DNA from: Eutreptiella sp. 'Long Island Sound 2002' | Taxonomy: Eukaryota > Protista > Euglenida | DNA length: 64,000 bases | Reading direction: 5' to 3' | Assembly (NCBI GenBank): GCA_964036045.1 | Contig: OZ038379.1 | Coordinates: 19,716,001 to 19,780,000, forward strand | Shown here: in pieces, positions 35,701 through 47,334 of the stretch | Numbering within the stretch: the first letter of the stretch is position 1 | How the letters are laid out: each line of letters starts with the position of its first letter | Position numbers and translations under genes: made by a program | The notes under the pieces: generated by a model | What the model was told of the DNA's origin: nothing | The model's database searches: none | The model's input: only the letters and a program-made list of their open reading frames with translations

Positions 35701-38631
35701 AGGGTGAAAAACATGTAAATACGGCCTAAAACATGCTTTACATACCTTGGATGGTCATTTTAGTTGGTCACAACGTCAAAAAAACAAGTTTCGAAAACTT
35801 CAATTTTTGAGCTGTCCAGGGTGAAAAACTGCACAAGCAGGTTGTGTACCAACCCATGCACTAGGCCATTATTGGTGGAAACAGCCATTTCGCGTTTGTG
35901 GCAGGGGCATTCGACCGGCCCTCGGCAGGGCTAGACACTGCAAAAAACGTCCTGTCGTATCCTAGTAGGCATATACTGTCACAACATCCCCACTCACACC
36001 CCTCAGAGTGGGTACCACGGGGTTACCGAGGTCGCCAAAACCGCCAACATAGCAAAAATGGCTGAAAAGTGCATAAACTGCATAAGCGCTCGTCCCACTC
36101 CGCCCCATACAAACCCTATGGAGTCGGGACCCGGAAACACTTTTTCGGCTCAAAATCGAGAAAAACCAAAAGATTCATGATTTTCGACCCAAAAAAAGGG
36201 GGGTCATTTTTTTCGACATTTTTGACCCCCCCCCCCACCCCCCCACCCCCCCCCCCCACCCCTCCCTCAAAACCTCAAAAAAGTAGGTTTCAAGTGGGGG
36301 GGGTCTGGGGGGGGTCCGGACCAAAAATTCATTAAGGGATGCTTTTATTGGACAAAATAATGATTTTACAAGGGGTTAAACTAAAAATTCAACCCCTTGG
36401 GGTAGGGTACGCGAATAGGCCCAAAAAGGCCAAAATGGGGGGGGTATGTGGCATTTTCCCCTATATACGCCTGCCTGGCTTTGATCTAACAACCTCTGCG
36501 AGGTGATTCCCGATTTTCGACCCAAAAAAAGGGGGGGTCATTTTTTCGACATTTTTGACCTCCCCCCACCCCCCCCCACCTCCCTCAAAACCTCAAAAAA
36601 GTGGGTTTCAAGTGGGGGGGGTCTGGGGGGGTCCGGACCAAAAACTCATTGGGGGATGCGTTTATTGGACAAAATAATGATTTTACAAGGGGTTAAACTA
36701 ACAATTCAACCCCTCGGGGTAGGGTACGCGAATAGGCCCAAAAAGGCCAAAATGGGGGGGGTATGTGGCATTTGCCCCTGTGTCGCCTGCCTGGCTTTGA
36801 TCTAACAACCTTTGCGAGGTGATTCCTGATTTTCGACCCAAAAAAAGGGGCGGTCATTTTTTCGACATTTTTGACCCCCCCCCCCACCCCCCCCCACCTC
36901 CCTCAAAACCTCAAAAAAGTGGGTTTCAAGTGGGGGGGGTCTGGGGGGGTCCGGACCAAAAACTCATTGGGGGATGCGTTTATTGGACAAAATAATGATT
37001 TTACAAGGGGTTAAACTAACAATTCAACCCCTTGGGGTAGGGTACGCGAATAGCCCCAAAAAAGGCCAAAATGGGGGGGTCATTTCAGGTGATCACGATA
37101 TCCAAAAAACAAGTTTCGGAAACTTCCATTTTTGAGCTGACCACGGTGAAAAACTGCACAATTTGGATGTGTACCAATCCCTTGGAACCCCCCCCCCCCC
37201 CAAGGACCTAATACCAAAATAGGGTGAAAATCATGTAAATACGGCCTAAAACATGCTTTACATAGCTTAGATGATCATTTTAGGTGATCACAACATCATA
37301 AAAACAAGTTTCAAAAACTTCGATCTTTGAGCTCTCCTGGGTGAAAAACTGCATAAGCTGGTTGTGTGCCCACCCCTTGGGAGACCCCCCTCCCCCCCAA
37401 GACCTAATACCCAAATCGGGTGAAAATCATGTAAACATGGCCTAACACGTGCCCTACATACCTTGGATGGTCATATTGTGTGGTCACAATATCACAAAAA
37501 CAAGCTTCAAAAACTTCTGTTTTTTGAGCTGCCCTGGGTGAAAAACTGCATAAGCAGGTTGTGTACCAATCCCTTGGAACCCCCCCCCCCCCCAGACCTA
37601 ATACCCAAATAGGGTGAAAATCATGTAAATACGGCCTAAAACATGCTTTACATACCTTGGATGGTCATTTTAGGTGGTCACAATATCAAAAAAACAAGTT
37701 TCCAAAACTTCGATTTTTGAGCTGTCCAGGGTGAAAAACTGCATACGCAGGTTGTGTACCAATCCCTTGGGAGCCCCCCCCCCCCGCCCGGACCTAATAC
37801 CCAAATAGGGTGAAAACCACGCAAATGCGGCCTAAAACATGCTTTACATACCTTGGAGGGTCATATCATGTGGTCACAATATCATAGGAATAAGTTTCGA
37901 AAACTTCGATTTTTGAGCTGCCCGGGGTGAAAAAGCAGGTTGTGTACCGGCCCATTCACAAGGCCATTATTGGTGGAAATAGCCATTTCGCGTCTTTGGC
38001 ACCGGCATTGACCGGCCCTTGGCAAGGCTACAAACTGCATAAAACGTCCTTCTGTAGCCTAGTAGGCATATACTGTCACAACATCCCCACTCACACCCCT
38101 CAGAGTGGGTACCACGGGGTCACCGGGGTCGCCAAAACCGCCAACATAGCAAAAATGGCTGAAAAGTGCATAAACTGCATAAGCGCTCGTCCCATTCCGC
38201 CCCATACAAACCCTATGGAGTCGGGACCCGGAAACACTTTTTCGGCTCAAAATCGAAAAAAACCAAAAGATTCATGATTTTCGACCCAAAAAAAGGGGGG
38301 GGTCATTTTTTTGTCATTTTTTGACCCCCCCCCCCCCCCCCCCACCCCCCCCCACCTCCCCGAAAACCTCAAAAAAGTAGGTTTCAAGTGGGGGGGGTCT
38401 GGGGGGGTCCGGACCAAAAACTCATTGGGGGATGCATTTATTGGACAAAATAATGATTTTACAAGGGGTTAAACAAACAATTCAACCCCCTGGGGTAGGG
38501 TACGCGAATAGGCCCAAAAAGGCCAAAATGGGGGGGTATGTGGCGTTTTCCCCATATATACGCCTGCCTGGCTTTGATCTAACAACCTCTGCGAGGTGAT
38601 TCTATTGCCTTCGGCTGTGCACCTCGAAGAG
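32781..38631. repeat. Composite hierarchical satellite built from modules J, A (~190-195 bp), C (~315 bp) and B (~320 bp)
   Basis: About 10 A units at 32841-34775 (period 193 between 33221 and 33414), then the gap, B end, J, 4 A, C (35863), B, B, partial B, about 4.5 A, C (37961), B, J. The C-to-C distance is 2098 bp. Confidence 0.95.
34776..34975. other. Assembly gap (200 N)
   Basis: Run of N inside the satellite, so the true array length is unknown. Confidence 1.
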
Positions 38632-38760
38632 AGGTTGACAGTCAGCCAATCAGTCCCTGAGCCAGCAAGCAGGCAGTCAGACAGATGCACACAGTTTGGG
38701 TTTTTTGTCAGTGGCAGATGCGGCCCCAAGCAGCAGGGAGGCCCTTCGTCGCAATCCAAG

Positions 38761-38930
38761 TAGTGGCCGAGTGGTAACGCAGCCGACCGGTTTCCGTGTG
38801 GTCGGCAGTTCAAACCCAGGCCGGCCCACTTTGGCGCCGCCGCCGGCGGCGGCGCTAAAAGTCAGCAGATCAGGATTCGAACCGACGCCTGCACATTTGG
38901 TGTCGGCTGTGTTACCATTGGACCGCCGGC
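38761..38930. repeat. Foldback of two convergent tRNA-derived (SINE-head-like) modules around a GC palindrome
   Basis: Plus arm has A-box TGGCCGAGTGG (38764) and B-box-like GTTCAAACCC (38808). Minus arm has A-box-like CGGTCCAATGG and B-box GGTTCGAATCC (38883-38873). Central TTTGGCGCCGCCGCC|GGCGGCGGCGCTAAA. No intact cloverleaf. Confidence 0.65.
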
Positions 38931-39260
38931 CGTGTTACCAGCGCCGTGCGTCCCCACTGCTTGTAGCCTATAAAGCAAAAACTTTTGACCCCCCCCCCAC
39001 CCCCCCCCCCCACCCCCCCCCTCAAAAAAGTGATATCCAGTTTTAGGGGGTAGAGGCCTCAAAATCAAAAAATCCATTGGGGGATGCTCTTATTGGGCAA
39101 AATAATGATTTTACAAGGGGTTGGACATCCAATATCATGCCTTGGGGTATGCTACGCGAATGACCCCAAAAAAGGGGGGTATATGACGCCCGCGCCTGCG
39201 CTTGATCTAACAACCTCTCTTCGAGGTGACTTGTCAAAAGGGGCCAAAAGTAGGGTCTGA

Positions 39261-39950
39261 GGGGGAATGTTTGCCCGGCGCGCGCCCGGCGCGCGCCCTG
39301 CGCGCTACTTTTAGACTATGTTCCCCCTGAAGAGCCCCCAAGCACACCCCTTGGAAACGCCCTTAGAATTATGTGACCCAAACTGCCCCAGCTCAAGAAA
39401 GTTGCAAACTGGGGTACACGAGACCACTCTCGCTCCTTTAAGGGCGATCTTGGTCAACACCTTAGCAAGTTGGGAGAATGGGGGGTTAGGATAGCACAAC
39501 CGCATCGATCTCCAGTAGAAGCGATAGGCGTTATTGAGGTATCGCAAACAGTAGAGCTGCATCATAACATTGGTCCCACAAGTGTGGGTGTCAATACATT
39601 CAGTACAATAGTGCTTACACTCATCACATGGATGCTGTGGTGGGATTTTGCGGAGTGAGGGATGCTCTTTCGTGTCGAGGTAGGTAGAGTGCCTGGGCCA
39701 TTTCCAGACCAACGTGAACCATTGTGATCCTGCCCAACATTCAGGTTTGCATGGGACACCGCAGCGCAGAGAAACATGTAAGGCTTCGCACCCATGTGAA
39801 CTGTTGCCCCATTGTGAGACGTGCAGCCTATGCAGAGCGTGGATTATGTACATGAGGCTCTGGAAGAAGTGATAGAGTGAGCGAAAGTGTGCTGCTGGCG
39901 CCAGCAAGACGCGTCTCAGTACAAGGATCATGTGCGTGCATGTGTTGAGG
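39261..39950. mobile_element. Mosaic Harbinger-family derivative containing a DIRS-type adenine methyltransferase fragment
   Basis: Left TIR GGGGGAATGTTT and subterminus as at 22749. Minus frame YPNPPFSQLAKVLTKIALKGARVVSCTP (NPPF motif at 39474-39488). 39567-39628 nearly matches the transposase zinc-finger DNA at 25155-25220. Right end not found. Confidence 0.6.
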
Positions 39951-41099
39951 GTAGGTATGGGACGGAGTGCGACTGAGAATTTTTAAGAAAAAAATCAGAC
40001 TCGCAGACAATACCGGTAGCTCGTGTATGCGAGGTTTATGACCGCTACTTCAGGACTGGGGCCATGGAGTCAGGTATTCAAATGACCAGCGTGATGCTGA
40101 CCTCATCCCAGACCGACCCAGTTCAATTGTGATACTTTCTGCTCAGGAATGGGGGCGTTGGGGGTGATTTGACGAAGGAAAGGCCTGATCCAGATGCCTT
40201 CAGCCATTCGGGGCTTTTGGGCGACCGTATTGTGTTGATGCGGGTTTTGAAAGCCGTCTCGGTGGACGCAAACGTCGCTATCCTGCGGATTCTCACCACA
40301 TTCCTGCAGCAGACCAGTCGGTCGTCACATCGCAGGACTGCATGCGCAGCAGCAGTGGGAACCTGATGGCCTGACGGGTGTAAATGGCCCCCAACTCATC
40401 CAAAGCATGACAGACAAAAATGTACGCAATTGTCAACTGCAGTCAGTGATATAAAGAAGTGTCAAAACTGTGAGTGTCAAAAAAAAGTCAAAAGGATGAC
40501 ACATGGCGCATGGCGCAACAGTGAACACATGGTAGACACTGTGGGCTATGGTCAAAATCGGTCAAAAGTAGGACATGCGGTCAAAATTGGCAAATTGGGC
40601 GATACCCTGGCGGTAGTTGCTGGTCAACCGACTGTCAACCGACGCCGCCGGGCCGGTTAGCCGGCGCTTTCCGGCGGTCCAGATGCAGCAGATTCATACT
40701 GCCTGTCCATTGTTGCATCTCCTCACCCAAGCGCTGCAGTGGAGCAGCCTCATGGACTGGCAGTTCCAGCAGTTCCCCGTAGCGTTGTAAGCCAAGAAAA
40801 AAGGCAAAAAGTGGGGGCAAGATGTGAAAGCGGGTCGAAACAGGTTAGCATCGGAAGCGGGATGCGAGCGCCCAGCAGAGGTGTCTTGCGTTTTTTTTTG
40901 TGCTGACGCAATGTGTTAAACTTAAGTGATCAAAGACGTCTTGAAGATGGGAGTCCCAAGCGCATACTACACTGGATCCCTGGGAAGGCCAGCAGTGGTG
41001 CTTTGCATCCTTGTTAAAAGTTAGTTCTGACCCAGGCCCATGGCGGCAGATGCAGCCGGGGATGTAGTGGTGCCTCATTCCTGATGTCATCCTCTTCTT

Positions 41100-41340
41100 G
41101 CAGGTGTCCATAAGAATCATGCACGTGACGCACGTCACTTGCCCCTCCGGGGATGGGGCAAGTTGAGACACGCAACCAGTGTCATGCACACGCTGCAACA
41201 CAAGGCACGGTGCATCTGTGTAAGAATGTGTGCAACACTGCCCAGCAATAACACGCTTCTGGAACATCTGGGCACAAGCATGGCTCCATCTGCGGAGACA
41301 CAGGACGCGAGGTCGATTCAGCCCACAAAGACCGCTTGAG
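41100..41340 (+). pseudogene. LINE 3' fragment (C-terminal Cys/His knuckle)
   Basis: SCTRCNTRHGASV*ECVQHCPAITRFWNIWAQAW aligns by eye with WCPLCNSKHGTAVHKRLMQCPKRAPTFRQVWTQSW of the 50-55 kb LINE. Confidence 0.5.
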
Positions 41341-42912
41341 CTGTGCCCCCCCCCCCCCCCCGGGCTTTTTGCGGGATCGGAACCTCAATGTCATGCTACA
41401 GGTACCTTACTTGGATGTGTGATCTGTACTATTATTGCGCAATCCCATCTGCAGCCTTGAACCGGTGACCACGTTCAATGCTTCACGTGAGAAAAACTGT
41501 GCCGTCGCCGTGATCCTGTTCTTCCCTCCTCTCAGCGTCATTTCCTCCCTCTGAGCACGACAGAAGGCATGCATTATATACCATAAATGCTGCCCTACCG
41601 CACCCCCGGGGCAAAGGTGCTGTTCGGGGGGCAATGAGGCGAGCCTGTGTGTGTGTGTGTGTGTGTGCGTGTGATGCCCAGGTTTTCAAACATCAACATC
41701 GCATTCGCTATCATACACCACATCTACAGCCTCCACACTTCAGCATTGTGTGTGTGTGTGTGTGTGTGTGTGTGCCAATTGCCAATTGCCCCCCACGTCG
41801 GGGGTGATGTGTGTGTGTGTGTGTGTGGGACGCCCAATGATTTCAACAATCTCAAAGCGTTCGCTATCATACAGCACCTCTCTACGGCAATGTTCGCACT
41901 GCAGCAATGTTTGGATCTTTTCGCCCGACGCGACCTTCCCTCCCTCTCAGCACGACACGAAATCTATGAACAATCTCCATGCTCCTACCGCACCCTGTGT
42001 GTGTGCGTGTGTGCGTGCGCTCTGTATTATTTACGAGGACAGGTGGCTTTTAAGGTCCTGAACGCTCTTGCGAAGGGGAAGGGAGAGGGTTAGCAGGTCA
42101 GAGCCTGCCTGATGCCTGCCTTAGCCCCCCCCCCCCCCGTGTATCGCAGCACAATGGAAGGACAGGGGTGTTATTCACGAGGGAGATCCATATGCAGCCA
42201 TGAGGCGGCATCCACATTAGCACTGACCTGAGAGCCAGTGCGCTTGTGCCTGTGCTCCGCATCTTCTGCTGAATCAGAACCTCTGCATTCAACTGGCATT
42301 AAATTTGTTCAGTGCTCTGCGGCGCCCGCTCATAAAAAGGACGCGCGACTGAATGTCCATGTTGTCTTCCTCTCCCAACAACCTGTGTGGGGGGGGGCGC
42401 TGGCAGGGACGGGGGGACGGCTGGCCGTAGCTGCCGCCTCCAGGACTGCTGGGTCTTTGAACAGGCTATGGGCAGCGGTGTGCTCCACTCCCCAAAGGGG
42501 CCATTCCTCATGTTGTTGGAGGGTGTCTTCTGGGGCCTGGCCCACCAGGGTGTCCGATATTGTGGGCAGTGTTTGAAGCGCGCCCAGTCCTCAGGGGTGG
42601 TGGATGTGGCGTGCTTGGTGTGTGCGGGGACCTGCATAGTTCCGTGTGCATGGGCATGTGCGGTGGTTGTGTGCACTGGCGTTTGTGCGGGTCTTCTTCC
42701 AGGGCAGATGGTCATTTGTGGGGCAGCTGTGCTTTGGGGGTGATAACCTTGTGGTGCCCCCTGCTGCCGCAGTGTCGGACACCTCGCTGTTTGCCCGTGC
42801 ACCGTGGACATGGTGGCATGCGCGCGCGCGCGCATGTGTGTGTTTGCCAATTCCAGTTGCCCCTCCACGGGGGTGTTTTTTCACGCAATCAGTCCTCGCC
42901 AGCGGCAGCCCC

Positions 42913-43155
<243 letters not shown>

Positions 43156-44522
43156 CTGTACTTTGATGAGGTAGATCCTTGTGCAGCATTGGGTTGGACG
43201 CCCCATTCAGCTCAGGTTTGCTGAGGCCTCTGTGTGACGTTGTTTCCCCCCCTTCTGCGGAATCAGAACCTCTGTGTTTGGTTGGCTATGTGACCGAAGT
43301 ACTGGCTCTCCCATGCCTCGACAAAAAGAGTGGTCGGGCTACTGTGTCCTCGGCTCCGTCACCTTCCAGTCCCTGTGGAACAGGTGCTGGGGGGGATGGG
43401 GGCGGCGGTGTTTTCGGCCTTCTGCGCTTGGGCGCCGGAGGCGTGGGCGGTTGGTGTGGGGACCTCAGCAGACCTGATGAGTGCCATGCTGGCCTTTGCA
43501 CGCAAGGTTTTTTGTGAGGCAACAGAGATTGCATAGGGAGGGTACGTTTCCTGTGTGCCGGGACCGGGGTACATACCTTGTGGTGCCCCCGGTCACAACA
43601 ATGGCGCACCCCTCTCTGCTTGAGGGTACATCTCGGGCAGGGGGGTAAGTTATGCAAGGGGCATAGTTGCAACTGTGGCCTACGAGCCATGTGGCTTGCT
43701 GCGTGATGCCCTAGTTTGCAGCACTCTTCTGCCGATTTGCGCAGTCTCTTGCAGGTCATACATGCCAGCGCTGTGTGTGCCACGCATTTGGAGTGGTCGA
43801 CTCGCGGCGCCAAGTGTGGCGTGGTGTGTGTTGACACGTGTCTGCGCGTGCCTGTGTAGGGGCGTTGTGGCAAGCGCCCATCTCCAATGACTGGGAAGAA
43901 ATCGGCCCCAAAAGACGAGTTCGATCCCCCCCCCTTGGCTGGCATTATCTGCTCTGATGGAGGTGCCAGTCCTGTCTGCAGATTGCCATGGAGTGTGTGT
44001 GTGTGTGTGTGTGTGTGTTGGTGGGAAGCAGTATCACAGCTGATCTAGGAAGTGCCACTGACGAGGACACTGAGCGGTAATGCGTCAGACAGCCGCCCTT
44101 GGTATCTGCACCGGCTTGGGTCTGATTGCCTGGTTCGTGACTTTGGCTAACGGCTGCTGGCACTGTTTACCCGGCCAAACGCAGTGCTGGTGGGAAGCAG
44201 CAGCTGGTGGGCAGGCAGTCAATGCTCCCAGGGAGCAGTCGAAACAGCAGGGTGCCCATTGTTGCAGGCTGTAACCTGCTGAACGTTCCTTTGTACTGCG
44301 GGCCTGCGAAGAGGACGTCAGATACCCAGAGGAAATACAAAAGTGTTTCACCAGCGGAGCCGCTGGCAATGCCCCAAGGATGCAGTTTATGCTGCGAAGT
44401 TTGCTGTTGTTAAACCTTTGTTTTCGTCTCTATTGCCCCTTGGCTTTCCCTGCTTTCTATCCTGCCTCCTCCCCTCGTTCTTATCCTCTTTGGTTTCCCC
44501 CTTTGTGCCCTCCTTCCCTGTG

Positions 44523-45509
44523 CTATCCTCTTTTACTACGCTCCTTCTTATTCTCCTTATCCTCCTTCTTCCCCTTTTCCTCCTTCTCCTTCTTCTGCTC
44601 CTTCGTATCCTCCGTCCCATCCACCATCGTGCCATCCTGCTGGTCCCTCCTCGACTTCGATGGCGCCATATCTGTCGCCTTGGCGACCGCATCGGCCTTC
44701 CTGCCAAGACTCGTGGTCTCACCCTCTAACACCTCCAGTGTGCCCTCGTGGGGGTCCTTCAGCTCGAGCAGCGCCTCGGGCCCGCACTCCAGCTGCAGCG
44801 GCATGCCTGGGACATCGGTCACGTTGCATGGGGTGTACCAGTTCTGCATGTAGGCCTTGCCAAGGAATCCGCTCCTCGGCGGCGACAGCACACGGATGGT
44901 CTGGGGCAGGTTGCGGGGGCGATACGTTGTGTTGTGCACCATCTGCTGCACGGAATGGTGCACGATGGCCCCCTCTGGCATGGCCCGGGGCTTCATCTCC
45001 CCTACGGCACGGACCAGCCAATTGTTCCAGGCCTGATCGATCTCATGCTCCGCGGCCTCCAGGTTCGCCTCATACGGGGCCACGTCCAGGCCGTGCCGGC
45101 GCGCCATCTGCAGCATCCACTTCAGGGTGATGTCCGACAGCGTGCAGCCCATGCCGCCTCCGATGTTGCCGTGGCACCCGGCGAACCACACCTCCAGCGC
45201 ACGATCGCCCAGCAGCGTGGGCGTGAAATGCCGCCGCCGCTCGTCCACCGCCAACGCATGGTACGCGGCCTCCACGCTTTTCGGGAGGCGGCCAAGATGC
45301 AGCAGCGAACCGGTGGCATACACGCAATCGAAGAGCCCCAGGAACCTGATCTTTACGGGAATGTGGTCTGCGTCCAGCGTGTGGGGCAGGTGGTCATCCA
45401 TGAGCTCGCTCTTCTTTTTGCGCATCTTCTTGAACATTTTCTTGGCCGCCTGCCGCGCGTAGCTGATGAGGGCAGAGGTGACAATTTCAGGGGAGTAGGG
45501 AAAGGGGTG
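44523..45509 (-). CDS. DUF2235 / Tle1-like alpha/beta hydrolase, exon 2
   Basis: Acceptor AATGCTTGCAG|CAC at 45510/45509. Motifs IRFLGLFDCV (Asp), HALAVDERRRHFTPTL, EVWFAGCHGNIGGG (His), LSDITLKWM. Lys/Glu-rich tail. Confidence 0.9.
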   Translation of the reverse strand, partial: HPFPYSPEIVTSALISYARQAAKKMFKKMRKKKSELMDDHLPHTLDADHIPVKIRFLGLFDCVYATGSLLHLGRLPKSVEAAYHALAVDERRRHFTPTLLGDRALEVWFAGCHGNIGGGMGCTLSDITLKWMLQMARRHGLDVAPYEANLEAAEHEIDQAWNNWLVRAVGEMKPRAMPEGAIVHHSVQQMVHNTTYRPRNLPQTIRVLSPPRSGFLGKAYMQNWYTPCNVTDVPGMPLQLECGPEALLELKDPHEGTLEVLEGETTSLGRKADAVAKATDMAPSKSRRDQQDGTMVDGTEDTKEQKKEKEEKGKKEDKENKKERSKRG

Positions 45510-46492
45510 CTGCAAGCATTCAACAACAGTGTGCCTTTGATTGGCCCAAGCAACACAACCAGAACGCCCCCCTTGAGGCACGCTCACGCAGCACAACCAG
45601 AATGTCCCGGTTGGATGTCAGATGTCTCCTGCACGGCCCTTAAGTCAGACAGTCAGCCTCGACCGACAGGAAACGAGGAGGAAATCATGTCTAACAATAC
45701 CTCCCAAGTAGGTCTTAGAATACCTCCCAACAAATCCCACATCTCCATTTTTCAGTTCCTAATCCCTTCCCGGTGGTACCCAAATCTGCATTTTGCAGTT
45801 CCTAACCAGTTCCCAGTCATCACCAAGTCGTCCCTTTTCTATTTGATTACGCATCTCCCATCCTCTATTCTATGATATTTTCCCTTGTGTGGATCCAGGG
45901 TCTGTCGTGAATCATACCCGTCCCGTGCACAGAGGTGACGCTTTGCTTTGCATGAGCTGCAGGCTTCAGTGGTTGGGGTCTTCAACTCCAACGCGACTGT
46001 GCACCTACAATTCGAGAACGCTGGATGCCCTGGGTATTGCATTCACTACTACATCACTACTACAAACTACTACATCGCTCTCGGACGGAACTGCTTATCA
46101 CTGCTTCGTGAGACCGCTCATGGCACACTCTATAGAGTACTCCCAACCCTTGCACAGTGCCTAGGTTGTGTGCACGCCAATCGCCGGGCAGGACTGCAGA
46201 CGGCAGCGCAGGGGGCAAGGGAACCCTGGAAACCGGGATCAGGGGCGACACCGGCGACAGCAGGGGGCGACGCAGACGCATATAGCGGGCAGGGGGAGCA
46301 TGACCGCCAAGACATCTATCAGGGACGCCGTGCGACAAGGGGGACGCGCTGTCGTGCACGGGGTGTGGCATCGTCCCTCGCCCACAACACTGGGAGTCGT
46401 GGCGTCCCACGTCCCCCCCCCCCCCCCCCTAAGGTGCCGCAGGCGCTCGTGTGCAAGCAGCCCCCCCCCCCCCCCGCCTCCCTTGTTCACAG

Positions 46493-46564
46493 ACTGGGAA
46501 CGTGCTGGGCTACACCCGAGAAGTGCGGTTCGATGCCATGAATTCCAGCCTGGAGGGCCGGCGG
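46493..46564 (+). CDS. Candidate 72-nt orphan exon antisense within the DUF2235 intron
   Basis: CCTCCCTTGTTCACAG| acceptor and CGG|GTAATG donor. TGNVLGYTREVRFDAMNSSLEGRR with 19 of 24 codons ending in G/C. No partner exons identified. Confidence 0.35.
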
Positions 46565-47334
46565 GTAATGCTCCTAAGAATTGAGGGACGTTGCGGGCTG
46601 AAGGCTGAAGCAAACTTCTCTTCTGAAATCCACAGTTGAAAGACTACCGGGCTGGCGACGGAGATTAAGGGCCAACCGACGGTCGTCGGGGGCGATTGGG
46701 CTACCTGAGGGCGGCAGTGGCCTCATCGACGACGGGTTTGGGCGAACCGGTGGCGGTTGGGGCTGTCCGACAGGGTGCACGGTAACCGACAGTGGTTGGA
46801 CGACAAAGAGCCGATTAGCGGTGACCGCTTGCAGCCCCTTCAGCCTTGTGCCCCCCTCAAGTGTAAACCGGGCGGTCCTAAACGGAAAAAATATCTTCTT
46901 GATGTATGCCCCACTCAATACATGGATGGAGAAGGCAACTGGGCCAGTGCCTGAAGAGGCCAAAAAACGAGAAGAAAGAGAGAATGCGTTCCCAATTTCG
47001 TGCTGATGCACGGCGCCCCGTGCACAAACAATGCCTTCTCATGCAAGTGGGTCATGGAGCCACAATGTAACATTATCAGGCAGGGCTCAGTGCAGGCAAT
47101 ATATCACAAGCTTGTCATTGGTAACGACAACAAATATGAATCTTCACCCGCTGTCGGCACGAGATGTACCAAAAATTGGCCATTAACCGCCGTCAGGTGG
47201 TGGCCAGCGACTAGCAGTGGGCCATCATCAGCGGGGCAACGGACGCCGATGTGGCATCCTTGTGCCTGCCGTCCCTTTAGCACGCTGCAGGGAAGGGGAG
47301 TACTCCAGTAGTGGAGGGTATTTGGAAGGTAACC

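Noticed and set aside
39258-39330. 67-bp mini-element with apparent TGA/TGA TSD
   Set aside because: The inner TTCCCCC(T/C)GAAG is internal family sequence also present at ~22798, so the match is probably coincidental.
40169-40366. Plus-strand host exon (RIVLMRVLKAVSVDANVAILRIL)
   Set aside because: No convincing splice sites; the minus frame (CRNVVRIRRIATFAST) looks more like a LINE endonuclease remnant.
43470-43500. Hammerhead ribozyme core CTGATGAG
   Set aside because: No matching GAAA half or flanking stems nearby.
44748-45875. 375-aa plus-strand ORF opposite DUF2235 exon 2
   Set aside because: Antisense shadow of a GC-rich exon.
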